Source: a virus
Lineage: Duplodnaviria; Caudoviricetes
IMG/VR virus record: IMGVR_UViG_3300031519_000144
Location: 1 to 30,269 of that record
DNA length: 30,269 nucleotides
Reading direction: 5' to 3' (one strand)
The notes under the pieces are model-generated. The model made no database searches. It saw nothing but the letters and a program-made list of their open reading frames with translations, and was not told the origin of the DNA. Below are positions 7,799 to 19,000 of the stretch, one piece after another (position 1 is the stretch's first letter; each line of letters starts with the position of its first letter). The position numbers and the translations under genes were made by a program.

Positions 7799-10210
7799 AT
7801 GAATGTAAGTACAAATACTAATAGCCCATTTCCGGATCAAGTAGTAAGTGATGCTGAGAAAGCAACTATAGAATATGGATTGCAGGTTTCGCGAGCTATT
7901 GAACAGGAGTGGTTTAATTATGGTGGTAGTGGTTCTAATAGATATGCTTCTAATTGGAATAACTTTCATAACTTAAGATTATACGCTAGAGGAGAACAAA
8001 GTGTGCAAAAGTATAAGGATGAATTAGCTATTAATGGAGATTTATCTTATCTTAATTTAGATTGGACACCAGTACCTATACTTTCAAAGTTTTCCAATAT
8101 AGTAGCTAACGGCATTACGCAGAAGCAATACGACATAAGTTCTTATTCTCAGGACCCTGAATCTTTAAAGAAAAGAACAGATTATGCTTCAAACATTTTG
8201 TTTGATATGCTTACGCAAGAAGAGCAAGCTATAGCCTCAGAGGTTATGAATATAGATTTAAAAAGATCTAATATTCCACAAGGGGAATTGCCGGCAACGT
8301 TAGAAGAAAGAGACTTGCACATGCAGCTTTCATATAAACCGGCTATTGAAATAGCAGAAGAGGAAGCTATTAATACAGTTTTGGCTACCAATGAATTTGA
8401 CTTAGTTAAATCAAGAGTAAATCAAGATTTAGTTAATATAGGCATAGGTATAACTAAAACATCGTTTAATCCAGCTGAAGGTATAGTGGTTGATTATGTT
8501 GATCCTGCTTACTGCGTTTGGTCTTACACGGAGGATCCAAACTTTGATGACATATATTATGTAGGTGAAGTCAAATCTATAACTATTCCGGAACTTAAAA
8601 AAGAATTTCCTCACATTTCTGATGAGGAATTAGAACGAATCCAAAAATCACCAGGTAACCGTAGACTTATACGAGGCTTTGAAAACTACGATTACAATAC
8701 TGTTCAGGTTATGTACTTTGAGTATAAAACTTATACTGATCAGGTTTTTAAAATAAAAAGAACTGATAGTGGTTTAGAAAAAGCTATTATAAAAACAGAT
8801 TCATTTAATCCTCCTCCAAGTGATAACTTTGATAGAGTTTCAAGATCGATAGAGGTTTTATACGAGGGAGCTAAAGTTGTTGGTTCAGATATGATGCTTA
8901 AGTGGGAAATGTCTGAAAATATGACAAGACCATTAGCAGATACAACTCGAGTAGAAATGAGTTATTCAATGGCTGCGCCTAGAATGTACAAAGGAGTTAT
9001 ACAATCTCTTATAAGCAAGTGCATAGGTTTTGCTGATGTAATACAACTAACGCATTTAAAAATACAACAAGTACTATCTAGAATGGTTCCTGACGGAATA
9101 TTTTTAGATATGGATGGTTTAGCTGAAGTGGATTTAGGTAATGGAACAAATTACAATCCAGCAGAAGCATTAAACATGTATTTTCAAACAGGTTCTGTTG
9201 TAGGTAGATCATTAACACAAGATGGAGATATGAATAGAGGTAAAGTGCCTATTCAAGAATTATCTTCATCAAGTGGTATTGGAAAAATACAAGCTCTTAT
9301 AACTGCATACAATTACAATATGCAAATGATTAGAGACGTAACTGGTTTAAACGAAGCTCGCGATGGAGCTATGCCAGATGCAAACGCTTTAGTTGGTCTG
9401 CAAAAAATGGCTGCTAACGCGTCTAACACCGCTACAAAACATATACAAGATGCTAGTATTTATTTGTCTTTAAGTACTTGTGAAAATATATCGCTTAAAA
9501 TAAACGATGTTTTAAACTTTCCTCTTACAAAAAATTCTTTAATGAATAGTATATCTACATTTAACGTAGAAACACTTAAAGAAATAGAAAACCTTAATTT
9601 GCATGACTTTGGAATATTTTTAGAAATGGAACCAGACGATGAAGAAAAAGCAGATTTACAGCAAAACATACAAATAGCTTTGCAAACAAAAGAAATTGAC
9701 ATTGAAGATGCTATTGACATTAAGGACATAAAAAACATAAAGCTTGCTAATCAAATGCTTAAGTTAAAGCGTAAGAAAAAGCAAGAAGCAGCTCAAGCAT
9801 TGGTTCAGCAAAATATTCAAGCACAAGCACAGGCAAACGCAGAATCTTCTGAAAAAGCAGCTATGGCCGAAGTTCAAAAGCAACAAGCATTAACTGCTGA
9901 AAAGGTCGCAATAGAACAAGCTAAAGCAGGATTTGAAATGCAAAGAATGCAAGCTGAAGCTATGATTAAAAAAGAATTAATGGCTACTGAATTTCAGTAT
10001 AACATACAATTAGCTCAAGCAGCAGGAGCGGCTACTCAACAAAAGGAAAAAGAAATTGAAGACCGTAAAGATAAAAGAATAGAAAAAGAAGGTACCCAGC
10101 AAAGCGAACTAATACAGCAAAGACAAACAGAAGGAATGCCTAAGAATTTTGAGTCACAAGGCAATGACGTAATGGGTGGATTTGATCTATCCTCGTTTAG
10201 CCCTTCTTAA
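7799..10210 (+). CDS. Portal protein
   Basis: 803 aa directly after TerL, with IRDVTGLNEARDG and a long Gln/Ala-rich C-terminal coiled-coil barrel typical of podovirus/crAss-type portals. Confidence 0.88.
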   Translation: MNVSTNTNSPFPDQVVSDAEKATIEYGLQVSRAIEQEWFNYGGSGSNRYASNWNNFHNLRLYARGEQSVQKYKDELAINGDLSYLNLDWTPVPILSKFSNIVANGITQKQYDISSYSQDPESLKKRTDYASNILFDMLTQEEQAIASEVMNIDLKRSNIPQGELPATLEERDLHMQLSYKPAIEIAEEEAINTVLATNEFDLVKSRVNQDLVNIGIGITKTSFNPAEGIVVDYVDPAYCVWSYTEDPNFDDIYYVGEVKSITIPELKKEFPHISDEELERIQKSPGNRRLIRGFENYDYNTVQVMYFEYKTYTDQVFKIKRTDSGLEKAIIKTDSFNPPPSDNFDRVSRSIEVLYEGAKVVGSDMMLKWEMSENMTRPLADTTRVEMSYSMAAPRMYKGVIQSLISKCIGFADVIQLTHLKIQQVLSRMVPDGIFLDMDGLAEVDLGNGTNYNPAEALNMYFQTGSVVGRSLTQDGDMNRGKVPIQELSSSSGIGKIQALITAYNYNMQMIRDVTGLNEARDGAMPDANALVGLQKMAANASNTATKHIQDASIYLSLSTCENISLKINDVLNFPLTKNSLMNSISTFNVETLKEIENLNLHDFGIFLEMEPDDEEKADLQQNIQIALQTKEIDIEDAIDIKDIKNIKLANQMLKLKRKKKQEAAQALVQQNIQAQAQANAESSEKAAMAEVQKQQALTAEKVAIEQAKAGFEMQRMQAEAMIKKELMATEFQYNIQLAQAAGAATQQKEKEIEDRKDKRIEKEGTQQSELIQQRQTEGMPKNFESQGNDVMGGFDLSSFSPS

Positions 10211-10242
10211 ATAAGTATTTAATAATTATATAATATCATATC

Positions 10243-11364
10243 ATGAGTGAACAAGTAAAAACGGAGGGATCTTTTAAGATCAAATCCAAACCAAAATTAA
10301 CTGAGGAACAAATAGGTGCTCAAAACAAAGAGCCTTTAGTTGACATTCCTAGTAATATGACAAGAGTAGTAATTCCTAATCAAGAAACAGATGCCATTCA
10401 AGAGCCAAGCGCAGAGAAAGTGGATGTGGATGCACCAGCCGAAAATGGCCCAACAATGGTCGAAGGAACATCCAAACCAGAACTTACAGAAGTTACCAAA
10501 GAAATTAAAGAAGAAGTAATTGAACAACCAGTACAACCCGATTTACCAGAAAATATAGGTAAGTTAGTTGATTTTATGAAGGAAACTGGCGGCACAATGC
10601 AAGATTATATCAGATTAAGTACTAACTACGACGATATAGATCAAGATACTTTAGTTAGAGAATATTACAAAAATACTAAATCTCATTTAACAGCAGAAGA
10701 AGTTAACTTTATGATTGAAGATAATTTTGCTATTGATGAAGATATAGATGAAGACCGCGAAGTTCGAAGAAAGAAGCTCGCGTATAAAGAAGAGGTTGCT
10801 AAAGCCCGTACGTTTTTAAAGGATACCAAAGAAAAGTATTATGATGACATCAAGTTGAAGTCGCCAAATCTTTCAGGGGATCAACAGGAGGCGTCGGATT
10901 TTTTCAATCGCTACAAAGAGGATCAGGACAGAAACAAAGAAAGTGCAAAAAAGTTTAAGGCTAGAACTAATGATTTATTTAATGAAAAATTCGAAGGTTT
11001 CGATTTTAAATTAGGAGATAAAGAATTTAGATACGGCGTACAAAACCCTTCTCAGGTTGCAGAATCACAATCAGACATCGGTAATTTCATAGGGAAGTTC
11101 CTTGGAGAAGATGGAATGGTTAAAGATGCAGCAGAGTACCACAAAGCATTGTATGCAGGTGCAAACGCAGATAAAATGGCGAATCACTTTTACGAACAAG
11201 GCAAAGCAGATGCTATTAGAGATGTTGTAAACAAATCTAATAACACGTCAACAAGCGCTAGAAAAGCAGCACCTGTTGATAGCGCAAGGTTTGGAGCATA
11301 CAAGATTAAATCAGTTTCTGGAGCGGACTCATCAAAATTGAAAATTAAAAAGTTTAATAACTAA
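10243..11364 (+). CDS. Probable capsid scaffolding/assembly protein
   Basis: Acidic disordered N-terminus, helical core and basic C-terminal tail (SKLKIKKF), lying between portal and capsid genes. Confidence 0.65.
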   Translation: MSEQVKTEGSFKIKSKPKLTEEQIGAQNKEPLVDIPSNMTRVVIPNQETDAIQEPSAEKVDVDAPAENGPTMVEGTSKPELTEVTKEIKEEVIEQPVQPDLPENIGKLVDFMKETGGTMQDYIRLSTNYDDIDQDTLVREYYKNTKSHLTAEEVNFMIEDNFAIDEDIDEDREVRRKKLAYKEEVAKARTFLKDTKEKYYDDIKLKSPNLSGDQQEASDFFNRYKEDQDRNKESAKKFKARTNDLFNEKFEGFDFKLGDKEFRYGVQNPSQVAESQSDIGNFIGKFLGEDGMVKDAAEYHKALYAGANADKMANHFYEQGKADAIRDVVNKSNNTSTSARKAAPVDSARFGAYKIKSVSGADSSKLKIKKFNN

Positions 11365-11369
11365 AAATT

Positions 11370-12839
11370 ATGAGTTTATTACCACAATTTGGGACAATCA
11401 TACCGTCTCAGTCGCCACAATTACTTGCGACAAATTATTTACAATGGAACAACAACGGCGGAGCTGCTGGTATTCCAGGAAACTTTGCTGATTTTGCTCA
11501 GCAATATTTACCAGAAATTTATGAAGCAGAAGTAGAGCGTTACGGAAATCGTACGTTATCTGGATTCTTAAAAATGGTTGGCGCTGAAATGCCAATGACA
11601 TCTGATCAAGTTATTTGGTCTGAACAAAACCGTTTACACATATCTTACATAGGTTGTACACTTGGTGCAATTGCTGGAACAACACAGGTTATAAATCTTA
11701 GCCCAGGTGTTGCTGCTGCACAAAATGTAATTTCAGTAAATGATACCGTTGTTGTTTTAGATCCAGCTACTGGATTAGAAGCTAAAGGTATTGTTACAGC
11801 TACTACAATTGGTGTTGGAGGAAGTATTACTGTTCAAAGTTTTCAAGGGCCTGCTTTTAACGGAGCTGGTAACTTAGGATTTTCTGCGGCTGGTCTTAAA
11901 GTATTCGTTTACGGATCTGACTATTCTAAAGGAACTACTATTGCTGCTGTAGGAGCTGGAAATTCAGCTGTAAGACAGAGCATCGACCCTGTGTTAACGC
12001 AATTTTCAAACTCACCAATCATTATTAGAGATCAGTATGTTGTATCTGGATCAGATACTGCACAGATCGGATGGGTGAATGTAGCAACTGAAGATGGAAC
12101 TGACGGATACCTTTGGTATTTGAAAGCTGAATCTGAAACACGTTTACGTTTTGAAGACTACTTAGAAATGTCAATGGTAGAAGGTGAATTAAATACATCT
12201 GCTTTAAACCCATTAACTCAGCCAGGAACGCAAGGTTTATTTGCTGCTATCCAAGCTAGAGGAAATGTAGAGACTGGCTTTACAGCTGCTCAAGGTTTAG
12301 GTGAATTTGATGCTATCCTTAAAAACTTAGATACTCAGGGAGCTATTGAAGAGAACATGTTGTTTTTACAACGTCAAACTTCTTTAGACTTTGATGATAT
12401 GTTAGCTAGTATTTCTAGCGGTGTTCAAGGTGGAGTTGCTTTCGGTTTATTCGAAAACTCTTCTGAAATGGCACTTAATTTAGGATTCAGTGGGTTCCGT
12501 AGAGGATCTTACGACTTTTACAAAACAGATTGGAAATACTTAAATGATGCATCTACTCGTGGAGCAATCAATGGAGTTAATTCAATCGAAGGTGTATTAG
12601 TACCAGCTGGAACTTCAACTGTTTATGATCAAGTATTAGGAACAAATATCAGACGTCCATTCTTGCACGTTAGATATAGAGCTTCTCAAACTGATGATCG
12701 TAGAATGAAGTCTTGGTTAACAGGATCTGTTGGTGGAGCTAGTAACTCAACACTTGATGCAATGGAAGTAAACTTCCTTTCTGAAAGATGTTTAGTAACA
12801 CAAGCTGCTAACAACTTTGTATTATTCAGAGGACTATAA
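11370..12839 (+). CDS. Major capsid protein
   Basis: 489 aa after the scaffold; QYLPEIYEAEVERYGNRT, WSEQNRLH and LGFSGFRRGSYDFYK segments; strong codon bias; followed by a terminator-like hairpin. Confidence 0.88.
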   Translation: MSLLPQFGTIIPSQSPQLLATNYLQWNNNGGAAGIPGNFADFAQQYLPEIYEAEVERYGNRTLSGFLKMVGAEMPMTSDQVIWSEQNRLHISYIGCTLGAIAGTTQVINLSPGVAAAQNVISVNDTVVVLDPATGLEAKGIVTATTIGVGGSITVQSFQGPAFNGAGNLGFSAAGLKVFVYGSDYSKGTTIAAVGAGNSAVRQSIDPVLTQFSNSPIIIRDQYVVSGSDTAQIGWVNVATEDGTDGYLWYLKAESETRLRFEDYLEMSMVEGELNTSALNPLTQPGTQGLFAAIQARGNVETGFTAAQGLGEFDAILKNLDTQGAIEENMLFLQRQTSLDFDDMLASISSGVQGGVAFGLFENSSEMALNLGFSGFRRGSYDFYKTDWKYLNDASTRGAINGVNSIEGVLVPAGTSTVYDQVLGTNIRRPFLHVRYRASQTDDRRMKSWLTGSVGGASNSTLDAMEVNFLSERCLVTQAANNFVLFRGL

Positions 12840-12854
12840 CTAGTCACAATTATG

Positions 12855-12898
12855 TAATAGCTACCCTCGTTGTAATGACGGGGGTAATTATTATTTTT
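12855..12898 (+). terminator. Intrinsic terminator after the capsid gene
   Basis: TACCCTCGTT / GACGGGGGTA stem with AT-rich extension, followed by TTTTT. Confidence 0.75.
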
Positions 12899-12921
12899 AA
12901 ACTATTAAATTATATTATATT

Positions 12922-13803
12922 ATGGCAAATAAAAAAGTGCAACCCAAAAAAGCGGTTGTAAAACAAGTAGACTTAGAAGAGTCTATAAATGAAGTTGTAA
13001 CATCAGTTGAACCAACTGAAACAACAAAAGATTGGCAGGCTGTAAAGCCTACAGAACCAGTTGAACCTGAATGGGAAGTCAAAGATAGATTGTACTATTT
13101 AACAGGTAGAGATACTCCTCTTACTTTAACAATACCAGGTAAGCATACGCGTAAACACGCATTACTTTACTTTGATGAAAAGACTAGGAAACAAAAAGAA
13201 ATAAGATATGCAACTAATCATGACTCACCTTTTAAAGAAGAACAAGAAGGCGAAGCTACGATGGGACATATTATGTTTAGAGATGGTGACTTAAGAGTTC
13301 CTAAGGAAAAACAAAATTTACAAAAATTACTTTCACTATATCATCCTTTAAGAAATAGATTGTACCAAGAGTATGATCCAGTTGAAGAAGCTTACGATGA
13401 TCTAGAACAACTTGACTTACAAACAGATGCAGCAGTATTTGCAAGAGAAATGGATATTGATCAAGCCGAAGCTATATTACGTGTAGAGTTAGGTAGCGCA
13501 GTATCAGAGTTATCTTCTAAAGAAATAAAAAGAGATTTAAGATTGTTTGCTAATAGAAACCCAGCGTTGTTCTTAGATTTAGCACAAGATGATAATGTAG
13601 AGCTTAGAAACACAGCTATTAAAGCTACCGAAGCCGGAGTTATTTCTTTGTCTCAAGATCAAAGAACTTTTTCTTGGGCATCTAATGGAAGAAAGCTAAT
13701 GTCTGTACCTTTTGACGAGAATCCGTACTCAGCTATGGCTGCTTACTTTAAGACCGACGAAGGCATGGAAGTATTTAGATCTATAGAAAAGAAGTTTTTA
13801 TAG
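12922..13803 (+). CDS. Phage protein downstream of MCP (head-associated, function unknown)
   Basis: 293-aa ORF with EIRYATN and LQKLLSLYHP; occupies the slot after the capsid gene as in crAss-like head modules. Confidence 0.7.
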   Translation: MANKKVQPKKAVVKQVDLEESINEVVTSVEPTETTKDWQAVKPTEPVEPEWEVKDRLYYLTGRDTPLTLTIPGKHTRKHALLYFDEKTRKQKEIRYATNHDSPFKEEQEGEATMGHIMFRDGDLRVPKEKQNLQKLLSLYHPLRNRLYQEYDPVEEAYDDLEQLDLQTDAAVFAREMDIDQAEAILRVELGSAVSELSSKEIKRDLRLFANRNPALFLDLAQDDNVELRNTAIKATEAGVISLSQDQRTFSWASNGRKLMSVPFDENPYSAMAAYFKTDEGMEVFRSIEKKFL

Positions 13804-13816
13804 TAGTTTTTAAAAA

Positions 13817-13831
13817 AAACACGTAATTATA
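13817..13831 (+). promoter_or_regulatory. Candidate phage promoter/operator motif AAACRYGTRATTATA (copy 2)
   Basis: AAACACGTAATTATA in the intergenic gap ahead of the tail/ejection gene block. Confidence 0.4.
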
Positions 13832-13849
13832 TTATAGATGGTGAATTAG

Positions 13850-13886
13850 TATTGACCGGTTTCTTAATTGAGGCCGGTTAATATTT
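13850..13886 (+). other. RNA hairpin (weak terminator or 5'-leader stem)
   Basis: TATTGACCGGTTTC / GAGGCCGGTTAATA 14-bp stem (3 G-U) with loop TTAATT and only TTT following. Confidence 0.65.
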
Positions 13887-13903
13887 ATAATAAAAGAAAT
13901 AAA

Positions 13904-14821
13904 ATGGCAGTAAATGTAGACATAGTTTATAAAACGGTATTACTTATTCTTAATAAAGAACAAAGGGGTAACATGACACCAGACGAATTTAATAAGGTTG
14001 CTACGCAGGTACAACTTGAAATATTCGAAAGCTATTTTGATACTTTAAACCAGCAAATAAGAAGACCAGATAATGACACAGAATACGGTGATCGCATTAA
14101 AAATGTAGATCAAGATATTTCTGTATTTAAAACATACGGTAATGCAACTTATACTCCTGCGGGAGGATTTTTTAATTTACCTACAACATCAGGAGCGGGA
14201 TCCGCTACTCAAACGCTTACAGGAAATGGAACAGCTTCATCTTTTCCTTTTACATCAATAACATCTTCTCAACTAGCTAGTAGTGTAATAGCTGTTACTA
14301 TAAATGGTGTATCAACAATTGCTTATAATATAAGCGGAGCTAATATAATTTTTAACGCACCTCCGGCGGCAAACGCGGCTATAATCGTTACGGCAACCCC
14401 AGAGGACTTTTATAGGCTAGGGACTGTTATATATCAAGATACAAAAGAAGTTCAGCTGTCGCAGCGCAACGAGCTTTTATATTTAAACTCTACGCCTTTA
14501 ATAGCGCCAACAACAACCTACCCTATATATTTATATGAAGATAATAAATTGTATTTATATCCAGTTTCTATAACTTCAGACGTACAAGTTAGTTATTTGC
14601 GAAAGCCCGTTGATGTTATATGGAACTTTACAATACCTGCTGGTCAAAACTATTATCAGTATAATCCTACAAATTCTGTTAATTTTGAATTATCTAAAAC
14701 AGAACAAGCTAATATCATATTAAAAGTATTACTTTATTCAGGTGTTGTCATTAGAGACCCATCGATAGTTAATATAGCTTCGCAACAAGTTCAACAAGAA
14801 ACACAACGCTCAACACTATAA
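13904..14821 (+). CDS. Head-tail adaptor / tail tubular (ring) protein 1
   Basis: N-terminal helices (VYKTVLLILNKEQRG..EFN..A..VQLEIF) and YLRKP. Start moved to ATG 13904 because the TTG at 13868 lies inside a hairpin. Confidence 0.65.
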   Translation: MAVNVDIVYKTVLLILNKEQRGNMTPDEFNKVATQVQLEIFESYFDTLNQQIRRPDNDTEYGDRIKNVDQDISVFKTYGNATYTPAGGFFNLPTTSGAGSATQTLTGNGTASSFPFTSITSSQLASSVIAVTINGVSTIAYNISGANIIFNAPPAANAAIIVTATPEDFYRLGTVIYQDTKEVQLSQRNELLYLNSTPLIAPTTTYPIYLYEDNKLYLYPVSITSDVQVSYLRKPVDVIWNFTIPAGQNYYQYNPTNSVNFELSKTEQANIILKVLLYSGVVIRDPSIVNIASQQVQQETQRSTL

Positions 14822-14824
14822 GAT

Positions 14825-16036
14825 ATGCCTATACCTAATGGCGGTTTAATAACCGAAACTAACGAACAATACTACGCGGGGTCGCAGAGATTTATATCAG
14901 ATGGAACAGGTGTTATTACTACAACATTTAATACCGATTTAATATTTGCTGATTCTGATCCAGCATCTTTAAACTATACTTTAAATAATTTTAAAATATA
15001 CACGAGCACTACAGGCTTGCCGGGATCATACACAGACTATTTATTAGCTTTTACAGTTGTTGATAATGTAATTACATTTGGAGCAGCTCCGGTTGCTAAT
15101 ATGTATATAGCTGTTCAATTAAAAGCTTTAGACGGCGGAAGTTTTGGAACTGAAAATGCAGTTGGTACAGCAGTGCAAGAAAACTACGGCAGCTATGGAT
15201 ATACTTCTTTAAACGATGTCATTACAGGATTCATTGCTACTTACGTAGGTGAACATAAATTAATAGCCGATGTTAAAAGAACCGATGTTATATTTCACGC
15301 TAAAAGAGGATTACAAGAATTTAGTTATGATACTTTAAAAAGCATTAAATCCCAAGAGCTAACTGTGTCGCCTGCTTTAAGCGCTATAATACCTCAAGAC
15401 TACGTTAATTATGTAGGTGTTTGTTATATAGACGCTATGGGGGTTAAGCACCCTATATATCCTGCTAATAATTTAACTATAGCTCCATACGAAGTTCCGT
15501 TGCAAGATTCTGATGGTAATCCTACTATGGATAACTTCGGAGATAACTTAGAAGGTTCTTCACAAACTCTTGAAAGGTGGGGGGAAGCAAATGACAATTT
15601 ACTAAGTGGCAATATAACAGTAGAAGATTACTGGGCTTATAGCGGGTGGTTAACCGGCAATCCATTTTTAGGTCAAAGATATGGCAATGATCCTCAATAT
15701 ACTCAAAGAAACGGATGGTTTAACATGAATGAAAGAGATGGAACTATAGCTTTTTCTTCTAACTTAAAAGATCGTTTAATAGTGCTAGAATACATTTCTG
15801 ATGGATTAGCTTATGACTTAGACATGAGAATACCTAAGATGGCTGAGGATGCTTTATATGCTCACATGTTATATTCTATACTAGCTGGCAGAATTAATCA
15901 ACCAGAATACATTATACAAAGATTAAAAAGAGATAGATCAGCTAAATTAAGAAATGCTAAAATAAGATTATCAAACATTAAGCTATCAGAGATAGTGCAG
16001 GTAATGAGAGGTAAATCTAAATGGATTAAATCGTAA
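14825..16036 (+). CDS. Head-tail adaptor / tail tubular (ring) protein 2
   Basis: IPQDYVNYV, IVLEYISDGL and IPKMAEDALYAHM pattern of P22 gp4/crAss ring-type proteins; position before the stabilisation gene. Confidence 0.65.
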   Translation: MPIPNGGLITETNEQYYAGSQRFISDGTGVITTTFNTDLIFADSDPASLNYTLNNFKIYTSTTGLPGSYTDYLLAFTVVDNVITFGAAPVANMYIAVQLKALDGGSFGTENAVGTAVQENYGSYGYTSLNDVITGFIATYVGEHKLIADVKRTDVIFHAKRGLQEFSYDTLKSIKSQELTVSPALSAIIPQDYVNYVGVCYIDAMGVKHPIYPANNLTIAPYEVPLQDSDGNPTMDNFGDNLEGSSQTLERWGEANDNLLSGNITVEDYWAYSGWLTGNPFLGQRYGNDPQYTQRNGWFNMNERDGTIAFSSNLKDRLIVLEYISDGLAYDLDMRIPKMAEDALYAHMLYSILAGRINQPEYIIQRLKRDRSAKLRNAKIRLSNIKLSEIVQVMRGKSKWIKS

Positions 16037-16040
16037 TTAA

Positions 16041-19000
16041 ATGGCTCAAGAAATTAAGAATACATTTCTAAAATCCAAGATGAATAAAGATCTTGACGAT
16101 AGAATATTGCCTAACGGCGAGTATAGAGATGCTCGGAATATATCCGTAGGTAGATCCGAAGATAATGATGTTGGAGCTTTAGAAAATATTATAGGTAATA
16201 ACTTAATTACTTCTACTGATATAGGAGATGGGCTTACAATAATAGGTATAAAAGAAAATAATTCAACAGACGAGCTATTTGTTTTTTTAACAGATTACAC
16301 TGACCCTAATCCTTTAGAACCTACAGATGCTCCTTCTACATCTAGACATTACATTTATTCTTATAATAATTCTACACAAATATATAGTCGTTTAGTTCAA
16401 GGCTATTTTTTAAACTTTTCAACAACCAATAGAATAATAGGTATAAATTTAATTGAAAGCTTATTATTCTGGACAGACAATAGAAACCAACCACGTAAAA
16501 TAAATTCAGGAATTTCCATTAGCGGTAATTCAAAACGAAGTTCACAAGATTATTATACGCAAGAGCATCAAATATCTGTTGCTAAATACAGCCCGTATCA
16601 AGCTATAAAGCTATATACTCGACTTGACGTAGACATTACTAATGGATCTGTAGCTTACATCAATGTAAGTGGAGATAGGGTAGCGGAAATAACTCCTTTT
16701 ATAGGGGCAACAGTTGTTTCTTCAGAAAATTTAATATCAGGAAACGAACACATTAAAATAATTAATGTTGCTTTAGTAGGTAGCGCTACAAGAATTTCTT
16801 TATCCCCTAATATACCTGTTCCTTTACCTAACACTTACTTTTCTTTTATTATGTCTACTATGACTAATAAAAATGATGATACAGATTGGCCTGGGGATCC
16901 TGATTTTTTAGAAGATAAATTTGTTAGGTTTAGTTACCGTTTTAAGTATGATGATAACGAGTACTCTTTAATGGCTCCTTTTACTCAAATAGCTTATATA
17001 CCAAAGCAATACGGATTTTTTCTTAGTGGAGATGAAAACTCAGCTTATCAGTCTACAGTAGTAGACTTTATGGAAAATTTAGTTCAAAACATTGGGCTTG
17101 TAATACCGTTACCTACTAATGCTAATAGATTAGTTAGAGATTATAAAATCTCGGAAATGGAAATACTTTTTAGAGAAAGTGATGGTGTTGCTGTTAAAGT
17201 TTTAGAAAGTATTACAGCCGGGCAAATATCAGGAGCCAGCGGAGTGAGTAATTTTTTTACTTATGATTATCAATCTAGGAAACCATATAGAACTTTGCCG
17301 GAAGCTCAAACAATTAGAGTTTACGATAAAGTACCCGTAACCGCTTTTTCTCAAGAAAGCTCAGGAAATAGAATTATATACGGTAACTATAAAGACCAGC
17401 ACACTCCTCCTGCTAACTTAAATTATAACTGTAGAATATCATTTAAAAGTGATACAGGCAAATTTAATAACTGGATAGAGTATCCAAATCATTCTGTAAA
17501 AAGAAATAGAAATTATCAGGTAGGCTTTATTTTAGCAGACAAGTTTGGAAGACAATCCCCTGTTATACTTTCATCTGTAGACACTGGAGCTAATAGTGAT
17601 GGTAAATTTTATTTTGGATCTACCATATATAGTGCTTATGACATTGGCAATGAAGATACAAGTGTATTGGATTGGTTTGGTGATTCTATAATGGTTTTGG
17701 TTAATTCCGAAGTGGCTTCTATAAAAAATTCCGCTACAGGAACTCCTGGACTTTATGCGATTAAGCAAAATGCTACTAATCCTAATGCGGAAGGTTACGC
17801 TATTAAAAGATCGGGTAGTGTAATAGTTGATGACTCTACATATACTTTTCGCTTAGACAATATAAATTTTCCCAATAATATAAATATACCAATAATAGGG
17901 GATTCGTTGAGAGGTGCTTATGAAGACTTTGTTTTTGTTACAAACATAGAGGGTCCTACTGGAGCTCAACTCCAATATACGGTAACAACTAGTGGTAGAG
18001 TAAACGATGTTTACCTTAGAGAAGCTGATATTGTAACTGGAGGAGGGATTCCTGATTTAAAATTTGCATATACTATAAACGATTTAGGTTGGTATAGCTA
18101 TAAAATAGTAGTTAAACAGACAGAACAAGAATACTACAATGTATATTTGCCTGGAATGCTTAATGGTTATCCTGGACAGTCTGGGAGCTTAGGCGATGCT
18201 TCTAATGTTCCTGATCCTATACCCCCAACTCCTGGAGGTATTGATAATGGACTATTTCCTACAAATGAAACAAATAAAACGGCTTTTACAGTATTGTTTA
18301 ACGACAATATAAATAAAATACCAAGAGATTTACAAGAAGTTGGTGATCAAGATTTACAATATAGAAGTTCTGTTACATTATACGGTCGAGTAACTAATAC
18401 AATGACAATTGATCCAAGCGGTAGTCCTTATACCAATTCAATTCCTTCTAATTCTCAATATTACGCTAGATTAGACTACGAAGGTAAAACGGCAATATCA
18501 CATACCTCTACAGCTATAGCAAGAGCTAAAGAAGTTAATATGGGATCTGCTGATTTAACTGATGTGCCTTTACTATATAGTGAGCAAGCGTATAAAGGCG
18601 CAAACGTTTTTTATCAATTAGAAACTAATCCGTTAATAGCAAGAATATCCACAACTGAAAAATCAATTGGAGCAACAGCTTTATGGGGACCAACTCCTTC
18701 CGGAGGAACTGCTCCTGTTAACATACCAGATGGCGCCAATAACATGTTACCTTTTCTATCTATATATGAAACACAGGCGGTTAACTCTTTATTAGATTTA
18801 TATTGGGAAACAGCTTCTGAAGGTTTAATAGTAGATTTAAACGCTGATGTTCTTAGTGGTGCTGGAGGAGCAACTTCTTTTGTTAATGTTACATGGGATT
18901 TTGATGAAACGACTCTTCCCAACACAATTGTTACAGGTGTTTTTGAACCTGTTAATAGTGAAGCAGAGGTATACCAAGTTCCTACAACGGCTACATTGGA

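Noticed and set aside
12837-12857. Capsid protein read-through extension
   Set aside because: The next in-frame TAA comes after five codons, followed by a terminator hairpin.
13868-13903. Track start (TTG) of ring protein 1
   Set aside because: Lies within a hairpin; ATG 13904 has a typical A-rich leader.
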